Source of the DNA: Octopus bimaculoides
Lineage: Eukaryota
Direction of reading: 5' to 3'
DNA: 54,187 bases
Assembly (NCBI RefSeq): GCF_001194135.2
Contig: NC_069005.1
Coordinates: 21,095,841 to 21,150,027, forward strand
Part shown: positions 27,762 to 40,319 of the stretch, piece after piece
How positions within the stretch are numbered: the stretch's first letter is position 1
How the letters are laid out: each line of letters opens with the position of its first letter
Translations under genes and position numbers: made by a program
Notes under the pieces: generated by a model
Told to the model about the DNA's origin: nothing
Seen by the model: the letters and a program-made list of their open reading frames with translations, nothing else
Databases searched by the model: none

Positions 27762-28770
27762 TAGAAGTATAACTTCAGTGGAATTTGAACTCAGACTGTA
27801 CAGACAGACAAAATGTCATTAAGTATTTCGCCCAGCATGCTAACAATTCTGCCAGCTCACCGCTTTCAAAAAATATAAAATATTAAGTAGGCACACTTGG
27901 AATCATCATCATCATCATCATCATCATCTAATGTCCATTTTCCATGCTGGCATGGGTTGGACAGTTTGACAGTAGCTGACTAGCTGAAGGGCTTGTTCAG
28001 GCTTCCTGTCTGTTTTGGTATGGTTTCTGTGGCTGGAATATATTGAATGGAGGATTGTTGTCATAACAATAAAAAGGGTTGGGAAACCACTGCTGTAAGT
28101 GGCTAATCGATTTGCAAGAAATAGCAGCCAAACTTCACTCCAGTCTCAGACCCATCTTAAATTAGGGAAGGCATATTGGATTAAGCAACTCTAAACGAGC
28201 TTAAAAAGATATTATGGTCATGGTTGGATTGCTTTTGATCATTGTTCTGCTCATTTAGAGCTGACTTGATATATATAACACCGGCCCTGCTTAATGTCAC
28301 ACTTGAGTAAGATATCTCTACTCAAGCATGCAAGAATGCTTAGGACCACAACATCTCTACTCAAGTTTCAGTGTATACTTAACCTATTGATATTCAAATT
28401 ATTCTGCCAAATGTAATGCTTATTTATGCACATTGTTTTGAATTAATCAAGTATTGTAGCTTTGAGACTTTAATGATGTGATAGTATTTTCTTTAGAATG
28501 ACATTGTAGTTTAAGTGTAAGAGGCTGGATCTGGCTGGTTTGAACATAAAACAGGGCTGGATATGGCTGGTGTCAATGCTAAAGGGTTAATGTCAAGTCA
28601 GTGATAATGTAGCTTATAGGCTTAGGTATGGTTATGTGGTATGAAGCTTGCTTACTAACCACATGGTTCCAAGTTCAGTACCACTGTGAGGCACCCTGGG
28701 CAAGTGTTTTCTACTATAGCCTCAGGCTGACTAAATCCTTGTGGGTGGATTTGGTAGAAAGAAACTGAAA

Positions 28771-29000
28771 GGCGGCGAGCTGTCAGAAACGTTAGCGTGC
28801 CGGGCGAAATGCTTAGCGGTATTTTGTCTGCCGCTACATTCTGAGTTCAAATTCCGCCGAGGTCGACTTTGCCTTTCATCCTTTCGGGGTCGATAAATAA
28901 AGTACCAGTTACGCACTGGGGTCGATATAATTGACTTAATCCCTTTGTCTGTCCTTGTTTGTCCCCTCTATGTTTAGCCCCTTGTGGGCAGTAAAGAAAT
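28771..29000 (+). mobile_element. SINE family B, young copy nested in a family A SINE
   Basis: GGCGGCGAGCTG...GCCTTTCATCCTTTCGGGGTCGATAAA...AAAGAAAT with 12-bp TSD AAGAAACTGAAA at 28759-28770 and 29001-29012. Other copies at 5505-5715, 25645-26065, 30780-31197(-), 35555-35725(-) and 42080-42510(-). Confidence 0.88.
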
Positions 29001-29021
29001 AAGAAACTGAAAGAAGCCCTT

Positions 29022-29059
<38 letters not shown>

Positions 29060-30440
29060 GGTGTGTGCATGACTGTGTGGTAAGAAGTTTGCTTCCCAAC
29101 CACATGGTTCCAGGTTCAGTCCCACAGAATGGCACCTTGGGCAAGTGTCTTCTACTATAGCCTCAAGCCAGCCAAAGCCTTGTGAGTGGATTTAGTAGGT
29201 GGAAACTGAAAGAAGCCTGTTGTGTGTGTGTGTGTGTCTATGTCCCCATGACTTAGCAGATAGAATAAGCACCAGGCTTTAAAAATAAGTACTGGGGTTG
29301 ATTCTTTCAGCTAAAAACAACAAGGTGGTGCCCCAGCATGGCCGCAGTCTAATGACCAAAACAAGTAAACAACTAGAAACAGTTATATAAACTGAATGTT
29401 GTTCCTACTGACTGCAAGTTCTCATTAGTCTAGTAACAGGAGTAGTTATTAGTGTGTGTGTGTATGTGTGAATCAAATGGATTGTTGTATATGGTGTTAT
29501 TATTTAACCCCAGGCCAATCTTTATCCACCTAACTGTGAACATTCCTGCCCTGTCAGTCCAGTCTTTTTTTTTCCATGAGGACATTAGTCAATGTGTCCT
29601 GTTTCTAGCACATCAAATGAAACTCCCTTGTTGGCTTGCCTTTAATGTAGTGTAACTGTGTTGTTGTTGTTGGTGTTATTTAACCCTTGGCCAGTTCTGA
29701 TCCAGTTGACTTGTTATCAAAGTTTTTGTCTGAATAAAACTAATATGTTTGTTGCAGTCATGACCAGCTCAGTTATATATTCAGACGCATGAAATGTGTT
29801 TGGTATCATGGATGTAGACATGGCCAAGTGGTTAACTAGTTTGCTTTGCAGCCATGAACTCCTGAGTTCAATCCCAGTGCATAGCATTCTTGGACCGATG
29901 CTTTTATTTTTTAGTTCACTTTCAAAAAATAAAGTTGTGAGGGGTTATATAAGGTGCTTTACCCAGAATTCTGCCATTACCTCAGCAACTCAATGGAGCA
30001 GCTATTCTTCAAGTGTGACCTATATGTTGTCAATTCTAAATACATCTGATTCTCAACTAGAATATTTACAAAATGATTCTTAAGATAGTATCAGCAGAAC
30101 AAGACTATGGTTTCCCTTTATATATGTACTCTAACATATTCAAGTTTAAAACTAGCAACCAAATTTCAAGTCACACTCTTCTGCTTTTGAACCATAAATA
30201 CTCGGTGTTAAAAAGAAAAAAACATGTACAGGATGACCATTGCTCGAATGTTTGCTTGCAATGGACAAAATATTTAGTTGTCTTTTGTTATATTTTTCTC
30301 CATTCTAAGTTCAAATCCTACCAGTGCTAACAAGGAAGTACTAGGGCTCCATATAAGCCACAATACCCTGCCCCCATCTCTGAATATGTGTTCCCTATTT
30401 GAGAATTCATCGGACCAGCTTGTTCTCATAATAATCTTTT

Positions 30441-30730
30441 TATGAAAATAAGATGACAAAGGAATAAACAAATATGTTATGAACTCCATTAGCTTACAGC
30501 TGTTTCTGCTATGAGATGCAGTGGACTCTTAGTTGAGTGCTTGAGTAACATCTTATAGCTTTATCTTAAATGTATGCATAATTGTCTTTTCCCAAATAAA
30601 CTGCACTTCGTATTCAAGGCTCTGCTGAGGCTACAAAGTGTTACTCAAACACTCATCTACGAGTCCACTGCATCTTTTAGCAGAAACAACTGAAGATAAT
30701 CAAGTATTCCTTTGTCATCTTATTTTCGTA
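30441..30730. mobile_element. Long-TIR palindromic MITE
   Basis: About 100-bp arms (TATGAAAATAAGATGACAAAGGAATA...GATGCAGTGGACTC) inverted at the other end (GAGTCCACTGCATC...TATTCCTTTGTCATCTTATTTTCGTA). Partial family copy at about 9210-9370. Confidence 0.75.
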
Positions 30731-31316
30731 TTACTGCTCTATGTTTGACTAATGCTTCGTTCTGAAGCATGTGTATATTCTTTTCTACTCTAGGCACAAG
30801 GCTCGAAATATTCAGGGAGGGGGCCAGTTTATTAGATTGACGTCAGTATGCAACTGGTACTTAATGAATCGACCCCGAAAGGATGAAAGGCAAGTCGACC
30901 TTGGCAAAATTTGAACTCAGAACATAAAGACAGACAAAATACTGCTAAGCATTTTGCCCGGCGTGCTAACGTTTCTTATTTCTTTATTGCCCACAAGGGG
31001 ACAAACAAAGGGGACAGACAAAGGGATTAAGTCGATTACATTAACCCTAGTGCGCAACTGGTACTTAGTTTATCGACCCCGAAAGGATGAAAGGCAAAGT
31101 CAACCTCGGCGGAATTTGAACTCAGAACGTAACGGCAGACGAAATACCACTTAGCATTTCGCCCGGCGTGCTAACGTTTCTGCCAGCTCGCCGCCTTGAA
31201 GGATGTGTATATTGAGTTCTACATAAGGTTATTAGTCTCACAATGCTTAAGCAAAATATCAAAACGTTAATCTTTTTACCATATTTGTCTATTACAATAT
31301 CTTTTTTATTTTTTAG

Positions 31317-31421
31317 AAACTTCATTTGCCTCCAGATCTCTCTGAAACAGTCAGCCGATCAGAAAGCCGACCTGGAATTATGGGATGTGGTAGCACTGGA
31401 CATCGGCATCTTGACTTCTAA
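31317..31421 (+). CDS. ELP4: ELP4 terminal coding exon (KLHLPPDLSETVSRSESRPGIMGCGSTGHRHLDF*)
   Basis: Acceptor ttttttattttttag; LHLPPDLS and C-terminal HLDF motifs; TAA at 31419-31421. Confidence 0.96.
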   Translation, partial: KLHLPPDLSETVSRSESRPGIMGCGSTGHRHLDF

Positions 31422-32143
31422 AATTTGATTGTTCATGAAGATGGTATGGAAACAGCTACTGGTGTTTGTTGTGATGATGATGGCCATCACGTTGACTGTA
31501 GTCCAGAAGTTTTTCTCACATACGCCATTGATGATGTAACACCGTTATCTCTTTATTGTCAATACCAGGACTATATTATGGCCAATACACTAATATCAGC
31601 ACAGTATCAAGATTAGATTTGGTATAACGATCTTGGGGTAGTCTTTTACATAATTTCAAATGTAATCGAGATGTCAGAATTGTTTCCCTTGCCTCTTACA
31701 TCTCGCTATTAACTCTGTTCAGCTCTCTTCACTAAAGGGAGAGAATTGAGAGAAATTTTCTCCCCCCCCCCTCATGTTAAGTGTGTTCGTGGCTGACCAG
31801 ACTACATCGAGATGAAGTGATGTTGTTTTATGGGCTTTCAGCATTATTTCTAAATATATAAGAAAGAACTGGTCAGTGAAATGTGTCTTCTATAAAGATG
31901 ACATTAATTGATATGCAAAAAAGAAAAAATAATGATTGTTATTAAGTAGAACAATTCATATAAGACATATAGACATTTCTATTTAAGTTTAAAACATCTG
32001 TTTGTCTGTCTGTCTGTATATATGTATGTAGGTTAACAGTTCAGGCATTGTATTCTCATCTGATGATTGTCGTTTAGAATATGAAACAAAATCCTATAGG
32101 GTGAACGATAACAAACACATCGAATATTTGCTCTACCCGGGTA

Positions 32144-32541
32144 TTGAGTTCTCCTTTACTTTGTTCACCACATATCTGGATTCACAAACAAAGACACTAC
32201 TGACTACACACACACACACACATGTGAAGGCACGTGGCCTAATGTTTGTCTTGTTGCCCTCACAACTGCAAGATTATAGATTCCATTTCTGGACTGAGCA
32301 GTGTGTTGTTTTCTTGAGCAAAACACTTCATTTCACGTTGATTTGAAATCATCTTGACATCTGGCATGTGGCACACTGCGCCTGTACAGGCAAAATCGAT
32401 TTGATGGAGGGAGTGAGCTAATGCACAATGCAAACATTTGATCACTGTAAAAGTACAAGTCATCTGTGCAGGTTGTTCAGCAAGGAATTGCAGGACTGTT
32501 GCCTGTTGTTTATGACAGGACTGTTCACTATACATACAAAG

Positions 32542-32572
<31 letters not shown>

Positions 32573-33205
32573 GATGCATAAAGGAATACTTAGAGAGTGC
32601 TTTGTATTATGAATTCTAAGAGTAAAAAATATTATATATTGTGAGAATTAGAGTATTCGATGCCTTACAGTGACCAGTGGTTTCATCCTGGGTGGCAATC
32701 TTCAAACTAGTGAGCAATTGAGAAATAGTTGTTTGTGAACCCATATAAATGGTGAACATAGCTGTTTGTGAACCCATATATATGGTGAACATAGCTGTTT
32801 GTGAACCTGTATATATGGTGAACATAGCTGTTTGTGGACCCATATATATGGTGAACATAGCTGTTTGTGAACCCACATATATGGTGAACATAGCTGTTTG
32901 TGAACCCACATATATGGTGAACATAGCTGTTTGTGAACCTGTATATATGGTGAACATAGCTGTTTGTGAACCCATATATATGGTGAACATAGCTGTTTGT
33001 GAACCCACATATATGGTGAACATAGCTGTTTGTGAACCCGTATATGTGGTGAACATAGCTGTTTGCGAACCCATGTATATGGTGAACATAGCTGTTTGTG
33101 AACCTGTATATATGGTGAACATAGCTGTTTGTGAACCCGTATATGTGGTGAACATAGCTGTTTGCGAACCCATATATATGGTGAACAAAGTAAAGGAGAA
33201 CTCAA
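32144..33205. mobile_element. Putative TIR element with subterminal 33-bp tandem array and an internal SINE
   Basis: TA|TTGAGTTCTCCTTTACTTTGTTCACC at the left end and GGTGAACAAAGTAAAGGAGAACTCAA|TA at the right end; about 47-bp imperfect inverted repeat. Confidence 0.6.
32727..33187. repeat. 33-bp minisatellite, about 14 units
   Basis: Unit ATATATGGTGAACATAGCTGTTTGTGAACCC.. ; the 11-aa period in the ORF track (MVNIAVCEPIY) confirms the 33-bp period. Confidence 0.95.
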
Positions 33206-33313
33206 TAGCTGTTTATTAAAAGTGTTGGGATTAGCTTGGCAGTGTTTGGATTATGTGATTGATTCTCTGTTTTAGTAGGTATTTGTGAACCTTTCAATTT
33301 CCAAAATGATATA

Positions 33314-33346
<33 letters not shown>

Positions 33347-34390
33347 ATTTGAGAACCAATCGGTGAATCTCACGTGGTCAGCAACAACATATACACATAC
33401 TCTAGTGTACTTTCTCTAATACAACAGTTTCTAAGTAGAACAATGATGCAACTGTGCTGGAAACATTCACTGTCAATCATTCACCAACAGCAAATTATTG
33501 GTTAGAAAATTCACCTGCATCCTACATCAGTCATTTACCAATTAGCATATAACTGACCAATAGCAAATTATTAATTAGTATCATGGTTCCAGTAAAGGGT
33601 TTAAGTAATAACAAAAAATAAATATCTATTACTCATAAAATTTATTTCAAAAACCTGAAAACATTGATAAAACTTTGAAAGGATTTGTAAAACTGAGATG
33701 TTGTGAGCCAAGTCTCATAAATGGGGGATAAAAGACTCATTAGCTTCATAGATCACAACAGACTGTTTTATTTTCTCATCACTGTTGCAATGTTTCTGTT
33801 TTTTCAGAGATCTTTGCTAAATAGTGAATTGCTGTCACTGATCTGTGCTTTATTGATTTATACATACATACATACATACATACATACATACATACATACA
33901 TACATACATANNNNNNNNNNNNNNNNNNNNNNNNNNNNNNNNNNNNNNNNNNNNNNNNNNNNNNNNNNNNNNNNNNNNNNNNNNNNNNNNNNNNNNNNNN
34001 NNNNNNNNNNNNNNNNNNNNNNNNNNNNNNNNNNNNNNNNNNNNNNNNNNNNNNNNNNNNNNNNNNNNNNNNNNNNNNNNNNNNNNNNNNNNNNNNNNNN
34101 NNNNNNNNNNNNNNNNNNNNNNNNNNNNNNNNNNNNNNNNNNNNNNNNNNNNNNNNNNNNNNNNNNNNNNNNNNNNNNNNNNNNNNNNNNNNNNNNNNNN
34201 NNNNNNNNNNNNNNNNNNNNNNNNNNNNNNNNNNNNNNNNNNNNNNNNNNNNNNNNNNNNNNNNNNNNNNNNNNNNNNNNNNNNNNNNNNNNNNNNNNNN
34301 NNNNNNNNNNNNNNNNNNNNNNNNNNNNNNNNNNNNNNNNNNNNNNNNNNNNNNNNNNNNNNNNNNNNNNNNNNNNNNNNNNNNNNNNNN

Positions 34391-34426
<36 letters not shown>

Positions 34427-35379
34427 TACACATACAAACACACACATATATATATAAAAGGACTATGTTTTCTGATTCTTAAATAAATTTCAGTATTGTT
34501 TAATGATTGATTTCATGTTTTTCTTTTAAAAATTTTGTTGATATTTTATTCTTTTACTGACTTCATTCATTGGATTGTGGCCATGCTTGGGCACTGGTTT
34601 CAAAGATGTTATATCATCATCATCATCATTTTGATGTCTGATTTCCATACTGGTATGAATTGGATACTTTGATTGAAGCAACAGGCCAGAGAGTCATATC
34701 TTGCTGTAGTGTCTCACTTGTAGGACTGAAGAGCCCTTGACTGAAGTGCCCTTGATTAGGAGCCGGAATCACTTTACTATTAGGGACAAGATTCATGGCT
34801 ACCGCCCATTTTACATGGGTGGTCAGGGAAGGATGGAGTTGGTGCCCCAAAGAGAGGCAAATATGTTGGTGATGAGGTGCCAGAATGAACCCTCGTGGTA
34901 ACATGTCCAAGAAAGTGAATAAAAGATAACAGGGATACAGAAGAATGGAAGGGGGCAGGTAAGATTGCAAGAATGTTGGAGGAGATGAAGAGATAGATGT
35001 AAACATGGGGCAGAAGTGGTTAAAAAAAAAGGATGGTAAATAAGAGGGTGGAGTGGTGAGAAATGAATGAGAAGGTGAGGATAAGAATGAGGTATGGATA
35101 TTGCAGAAGACATTTGAACAAGGTGCCATTGCAATGGGATAGAATCTAGAAATCATAAAGTTGCAAAGCAAACGTTTTAGTCACACAACAATGCTTGTTG
35201 CTTGATCAGAACTGAGCTGAGAGATTTAACAACAATGCCAATGGCATCACCACCATTACAACCAATCCGGGACTTACTTTGTTTGAAAAGGAGACAGGAG
35301 GTTGCCATGACCTGAATGGCTTTGGTCATCGGTCTTTTGCATCGAGGCTGATGTTGGGCTGAACAACAATTTGGATCGG

Positions 35380-35560
35380 ATTGTATTGCCTGGGTTCAGT
35401 TCACTGCAGGATGAAGGCCTCAGCATGTTCTCTCCACCAGCCACGGTCTGATGTGGAGGCTGTGAATTTGGACCTGGGATCATACTGGTTTGATGAGCCA
35501 ATTCTGCCGCACTGGTTTGACAGAGGGATCCTGTTTTTATACTCTTTCACAGGAGTAATT
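35380..35560 (-). mobile_element. RTE LINE 3' coding end fragment
   Basis: Minus strand gives SDRGWWREHAEAFILQ*, resembling the RTE C-terminal DR..WR...EAF.LQW motif. Confidence 0.5.
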
Positions 35561-35864
35561 GAGTTGATTACATTGACCCCAGTGTTCAACTAGTACTTAT
35601 TTTATCAACCCCAAAAAGATAAAAGCGAAGTCAACCTTGGTGGAATTTGAACTCAGAACACAAAGATGGACAAAATGTTGCCAAGTATTTTGTCCAGTGT
35701 GCTAACGATTCTACCAGCTCATCGTTTTAAACAAAAATAACAACTTTATATCAATATCAGTCATAATGATGCTGCAAAGAAAAAGTCTTTGATTGATGCA
35801 ACAGGCCGGAGAGCCATATCTTGCTGTAGTGTCTCACTTGTAGGACAGAAGAGCCCTTGACTGA

Positions 35865-35975
35865 AGAGTCTAGCTTGTGGTAGAGGTAGACCCAAGAAGA
35901 CATGGGATGATCTTCGAATGTTGGGCCTCAAGGAGGCAATGGACAAGCGACCGAGACCTTTGGTAATATGCATTC
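35865..35975 (+). mobile_element. RTE LINE C-terminal fragment
   Basis: GRGRPKKTWD..DLRMLGLKEAM..SDRDLW-like degenerate translation. Confidence 0.6.
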
Positions 35976-36293
35976 TTGCTAACTGAGTGAACTGAAGCAA
36001 TGTAACATGAAATGTTTTACTCAAGAACACATGTAGCACAGTCTAGGAATCAAAACCACGGATACACTATGTCCTGTTGTGGCCTCTGGCCTTCTCAATT
36101 CCTGTCAAGCTGACCAACCCATGCCAACATGGAAAACAGATGTTAAATGTCAAGAATCCAACACCCTAACCACTAAGCTACGAAAATCCTAACAAAAGAC
36201 TGTCATTTTTTTACAATAACAGTTGCTAGGACTACATTAATTAAATTTGAGAGAGATCTGGCTGGTATTTCTAGCATATTGAGTGCCCTAGTA

Positions 36294-36586
36294 CAGTACT
36301 ACTCAAAGTGGTGGTCATCCGTGGACCAGTGTCGATCCGCAAGCCATCAGCTGCTGGTGTGTGGTGAGTTTCCAGAAAAGAAAGAAACATTATAAAATAC
36401 TTATGTAATATTGTATTTGTTTACAAAATAAATATAAGATAACAAAAATTGGCAACTTTTATTAACCTCATTATATATATTATTTCTGGTATAAATTAAT
36501 ATTGCTAAGAAATATTACCAGTCCTTGGTACACTGGAAAAAAAACCCCATGCTGATCTGCCACATCAGATAGTTTGGGAAGCACTG
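36294..36586. mobile_element. hAT (Charlie-like) MITE
   Basis: CAGTACTACTCAAAGT...GTTTGGGAAGCACTG with perfect 8-bp TSD CCCTAGTA at 36286-36293 and 36587-36594. Confidence 0.85.
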
Positions 36587-37224
36587 CCCTAGTAGATGCT
36601 GGACTCCTTTGTTTGACTCAGTCAAATGTGATTTGAGGCTTCTTTACTTGTTTCAGTCATTGGACTGCGGCTATACTGGAGCACTGCCTTAAAGAACTTT
36701 TAGTTGAATGAACCAACCCAAATACTTATTTTTTAAGCCTGGTATTTATTCTGTCAGTCTCTTTTGCTGAACCACTAAGTTACAGGGATGTAAACACACC
36801 AACACTAGTTTGTCGAGAAGTAGTGGGATACAAACACAAGCACAAAGACACACACATAGACATGTATGTATGACAGGATTCTTTCAGTTTCCGTCTACCA
36901 AATCCAATCACAAAGCACTTTGGTTGGTCTGAGGCTATAGTAGAAGACACTTACTCAAAGTGCTATGCAGTGGGACTGAACCCAGAAGCATGTGGTTGGT
37001 AAGCAAGCTTCTTATCACACAGCCATGCCAGTGCTTTATATACTTTCCTGTTAAATATTTTTGCTGTAAGCCACTTTCATTATCCGCCATTCAGATATTA
37101 CTTGTTAACACTGGAATCTGCATGCATTGTTAGTATTGGTGAAAACAGCAGCCAAACACCCACCTTAACCCTAACCTTTAATTGCATTGAATCGCACTTT
37201 ACCGTCTTAAAAGCTGGAAGAACG

Positions 37225-37420
37225 TAGCGGATAATGTAGCCCTAGATACACTGTGTCTGAATAAAAGACAGAACACATTAGATAATGTAGTCTGAGATAC
37301 ATTGTGCCTGAATAAAAGACAGAACACATTAGATAATGTAGTCTGAGATACATTGTGTCTGAATAAAAGACAGAACATTAGATAATGTAGTCCTAGATAC
37401 ATTGTGTCTGAATAAAAGGT
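37225..37420. repeat. About 50-bp tandem repeat x4 inside an AAC-tailed element
   Basis: GATAATGTAGTC.GAGATACATTGTGTCTGAATAAAAGACAGAACA(CA)TTA repeated. Confidence 0.85.
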
Positions 37421-40319
37421 AGGATGGTCACAACTGGAATACCTTGAATCAAGTTTGCTGGGCCAGGGCTAAAAATGCAACAAAAACATCTGCAGCAGAA
37501 ACCTGTATGTGATTGATGAAACCAGTAGAAATAGCAGCTAAATATCCTTACCATCTTAAACAGGAAGGACAGTTTAGATAATGTAGTATTAATTATGTTT
37601 CATGTAAAAAGAATTGGTGTGGATGCTGGTGCCACATAAAAGGCATTGGTGCTGGTGCCACATAAAAAGCACTGGTGCTGGTGCCACATAAAATGCACTG
37701 GTGATGGTGCCACATAAAAAGCACCCAGTACACTCTGTAAAGTGGTTGGCAGCATTAGGAAGAGCATTCAGTTGTAGAAAACAAGTGAAAATAGACTATG
37801 GAACCTGTTGTGGCCTCTGGCTTTGTCAATTCCTGTTGAGCTGACCAACCCATGCCAGCATGGAAAACGGATGTTGTTAATGATGATGATGACGTATGAA
37901 TAAAAGACAAAATGGAACACTTTTCATCAGAAGTCTACTCCTACAGGCCCAATCTGGAGCTGTAGCCAATGAGGGAATCTCTCCATAATACCGAAAACAG
38001 CGATCAAATTCTGTTCAAATTACATCTGTAAGCTTAAAAAGAAGAATATGGTGGATGGTTACAGATGCGATATCTTTCATAATAAGCCTGCAGGATTCAG
38101 GCTGGCCTGGGGCTAAATTACAATAACTACAACAACAACATCAATCTGTTTGTCATTATTTAGGAATAATCATCGAAATATTGCTTAAAAGATTAAAGCT
38201 ATTTGAANNNNNNNNNNNNNNNNNNNNNNNNNNNNNNNNNNNNNNNNNNNNNNNNNNNNNNNNNNNNNNNNNNNNNNNNNNNNNNNNNNNNNNNNNNNNN
38301 NTCTCACAAAAATTATAAAATTATCTCTGATGGAAAATATGAATTTCAGTTAAGGTTGATTATTGTTTTGCTATTATAAGATAATAATTATTGATTAGTT
38401 CTTTGCAATTTCTTAGAACCAAGATTTTGTCAATTCCAAAGTCAATAATAGCTTCTCTAAATAGATATGAAGAAGTATTTCTTTTCATTCTGTTTGCTTG
38501 TTTTAAGACTTTTATAAATTTATGCACGTGTGTGCACTTGTGCGTGCGTGTGTGTGTGTGTGTGTGTGTGTGTATGCAGGCCCCTAGCATATTTCTAGGT
38601 ATGTTGTCTGCATTATCAATATTCAGCAACCATGTTTTCATCACCTTTTTCTTGTTTCAGTCAGCTGACTGGGGCCAGGCTGGGGCACCTAGAAACTATT
38701 TTTTTTAGTTGAATGAATCGACCTCAGGATTTTTACTTTAAGTCTGGTACTTATTGTATCGGTTCTCTTTTACCAAACTGCTAAGTTAACAACATTGGTT
38801 GTCAAGTGATGGTGGGGAGAAATGCAGACTGACACACACACACACAAGATGGGCTTCTTTCAGTTTCCATCTACCAAATCTGCTTACAAGGCCTTGGTCA
38901 GCCTGAGACTACAGTAGAAGACACTTGCCCAAGGTACCACGCAGTGGGACTGAACCTGGAACTATGTGGTTGGAAAGTAAGCATCTTACCACACAGCCAT
39001 GCCTGTGTCTATGGTTGTTATAGTTTTTACAACTGAAAATCCTTCTTAAATCCTTTTGTTACCATATTTCTGTTGAGATGCTCTGTGTTTCTTTCAATTA
39101 ATTTTAAATATAAGAAATAATTTAGTAAAATAACTTTGTTATCATTAAGCTAGTGTTAGGAACATAAATTGTGACTAAGGCTTGGTGGAAGATTTTAATT
39201 CAGAATTTTGCAACCAAGACATTTGTACTACAGAGCCAGAAGCAGTTTCAGGTGGATTGGTATCAAAAGGGTTAAAGTTAGTCTCAGATAAGGTGGGATG
39301 CATTTGCAGTGTCTTGAGGGTTTCTATAGAACAGTAGTTCTCAACCATTTTTTTAACTTTTGAACTCCTTTGATTCCTATTTTACTCAGGTGAGGAGACC
39401 TTCATAGCCATTTGATGTCTAAAAACTCCTATTATATTTTGAAGATTAAATATTTTTAGGAATTGTATTTTTAAAAATGTTAAAATATTTGGTGTATTGT
39501 AAGCAATTTATTGCACATGTATTTTAACAACAAAATCTTATGTGGACCATGGTGGAAAAGCTCTAAGTAGCAGAAGACAATGTCATCGTCATCATTTAAT
39601 GCCACTTTTCCATGTTTGCATGGGTCAAACAGAATCTGTTGATGTAGATTTTGGGGGGGCTGGATGCCTTTCCTGTCACCAACCTTTACCATTTCCAAAC
39701 CAGACAATATTTCCCCACTGCCAGACATATTTTTCAAGGGAGACTGTAAATGAGCAACATCATTTATGTAATGGCGATGCTCGTCTGAGTATGAAGTGAA
39801 ATATTGCATGGTAGTAAAAAATATGGGTATTGAATATGAAGGATGGGTAAAAGCTGGAGAGAATTGAAGTAATTATTTGCAGCTGGATGTGTAATGTTAG
39901 AGTATATGAATGATGGTGCATGATCTGAAAGAAAAACTGAATGTAAGAGGTATGTAATGTGGATTGCATGAAAGAATAGCTAAGAGGAAAGCAGTTGGTT
40001 GTGGGGAATTTGAAAGTGAAATGAAAAATAGGTCAAAACAAGAGAATATAAATATTACAGAAGAGAAAGAGGAAAATGATGCTTAAAAATATATCAAATT
40101 GGAAAGCCTCTGGACTACCTGGCATTCAGGGATCTTAGGTGAAAAAATCTCTCAAGTATGCACAGCCATATACAACTATTTCTTGCTGGCTGTATACAAA
40201 ATGGAACACCAACATGGATGACAAAAGGAAAGACAGGACAAAGAAAAGAGAAAAGTGAGTAATTATAGTCATTATATGCTTACTATTACTCTGTAAATTA
40301 CTAACTGGCCTACTCATAG

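Larger units (their letters stand above)
8193..31421 (+). other. ELP4: Elongator complex protein 4 gene span (visible coding exons; 5' end and one internal exon missing)
   Basis: Eight exons with canonical AG/GT ends, consistent intron phases from 11134 onward, and ELP4 motifs GGGIAVGSLVLI, MKIAWRYQ, FGHYYDL, LRIAIPSLGSPLWG, LESFAGS..ENPLYKEYHG, AFKLRRKKFVIE and KLHLPPDLSETVSRS...HLDF*, recognised from recalled human ELP4. Confidence 0.96.

Noticed and set aside
31700-31731. Minus-strand 32-nt segment with strong acceptor and GTAAGA donor in the ELP4 3' UTR
   Set aside because: Stops in all three frames and no ELP5 C-terminal motif; at most a non-coding antisense exon.
32616-33219. Three 150-190-aa ORFs with an 11-aa period; also CRISPR-like by eye
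   Set aside because: A stop-free 33-bp minisatellite with no unique spacers and no cas genes, in eukaryotic DNA.
39860-39935. Minus-strand candidate for ELP5 exon 3 (RSCTIIHIL)
   Set aside because: In-frame TAA before any donor. Other candidates (33780-33840, 38360-38456) also fail phase or donor tests.
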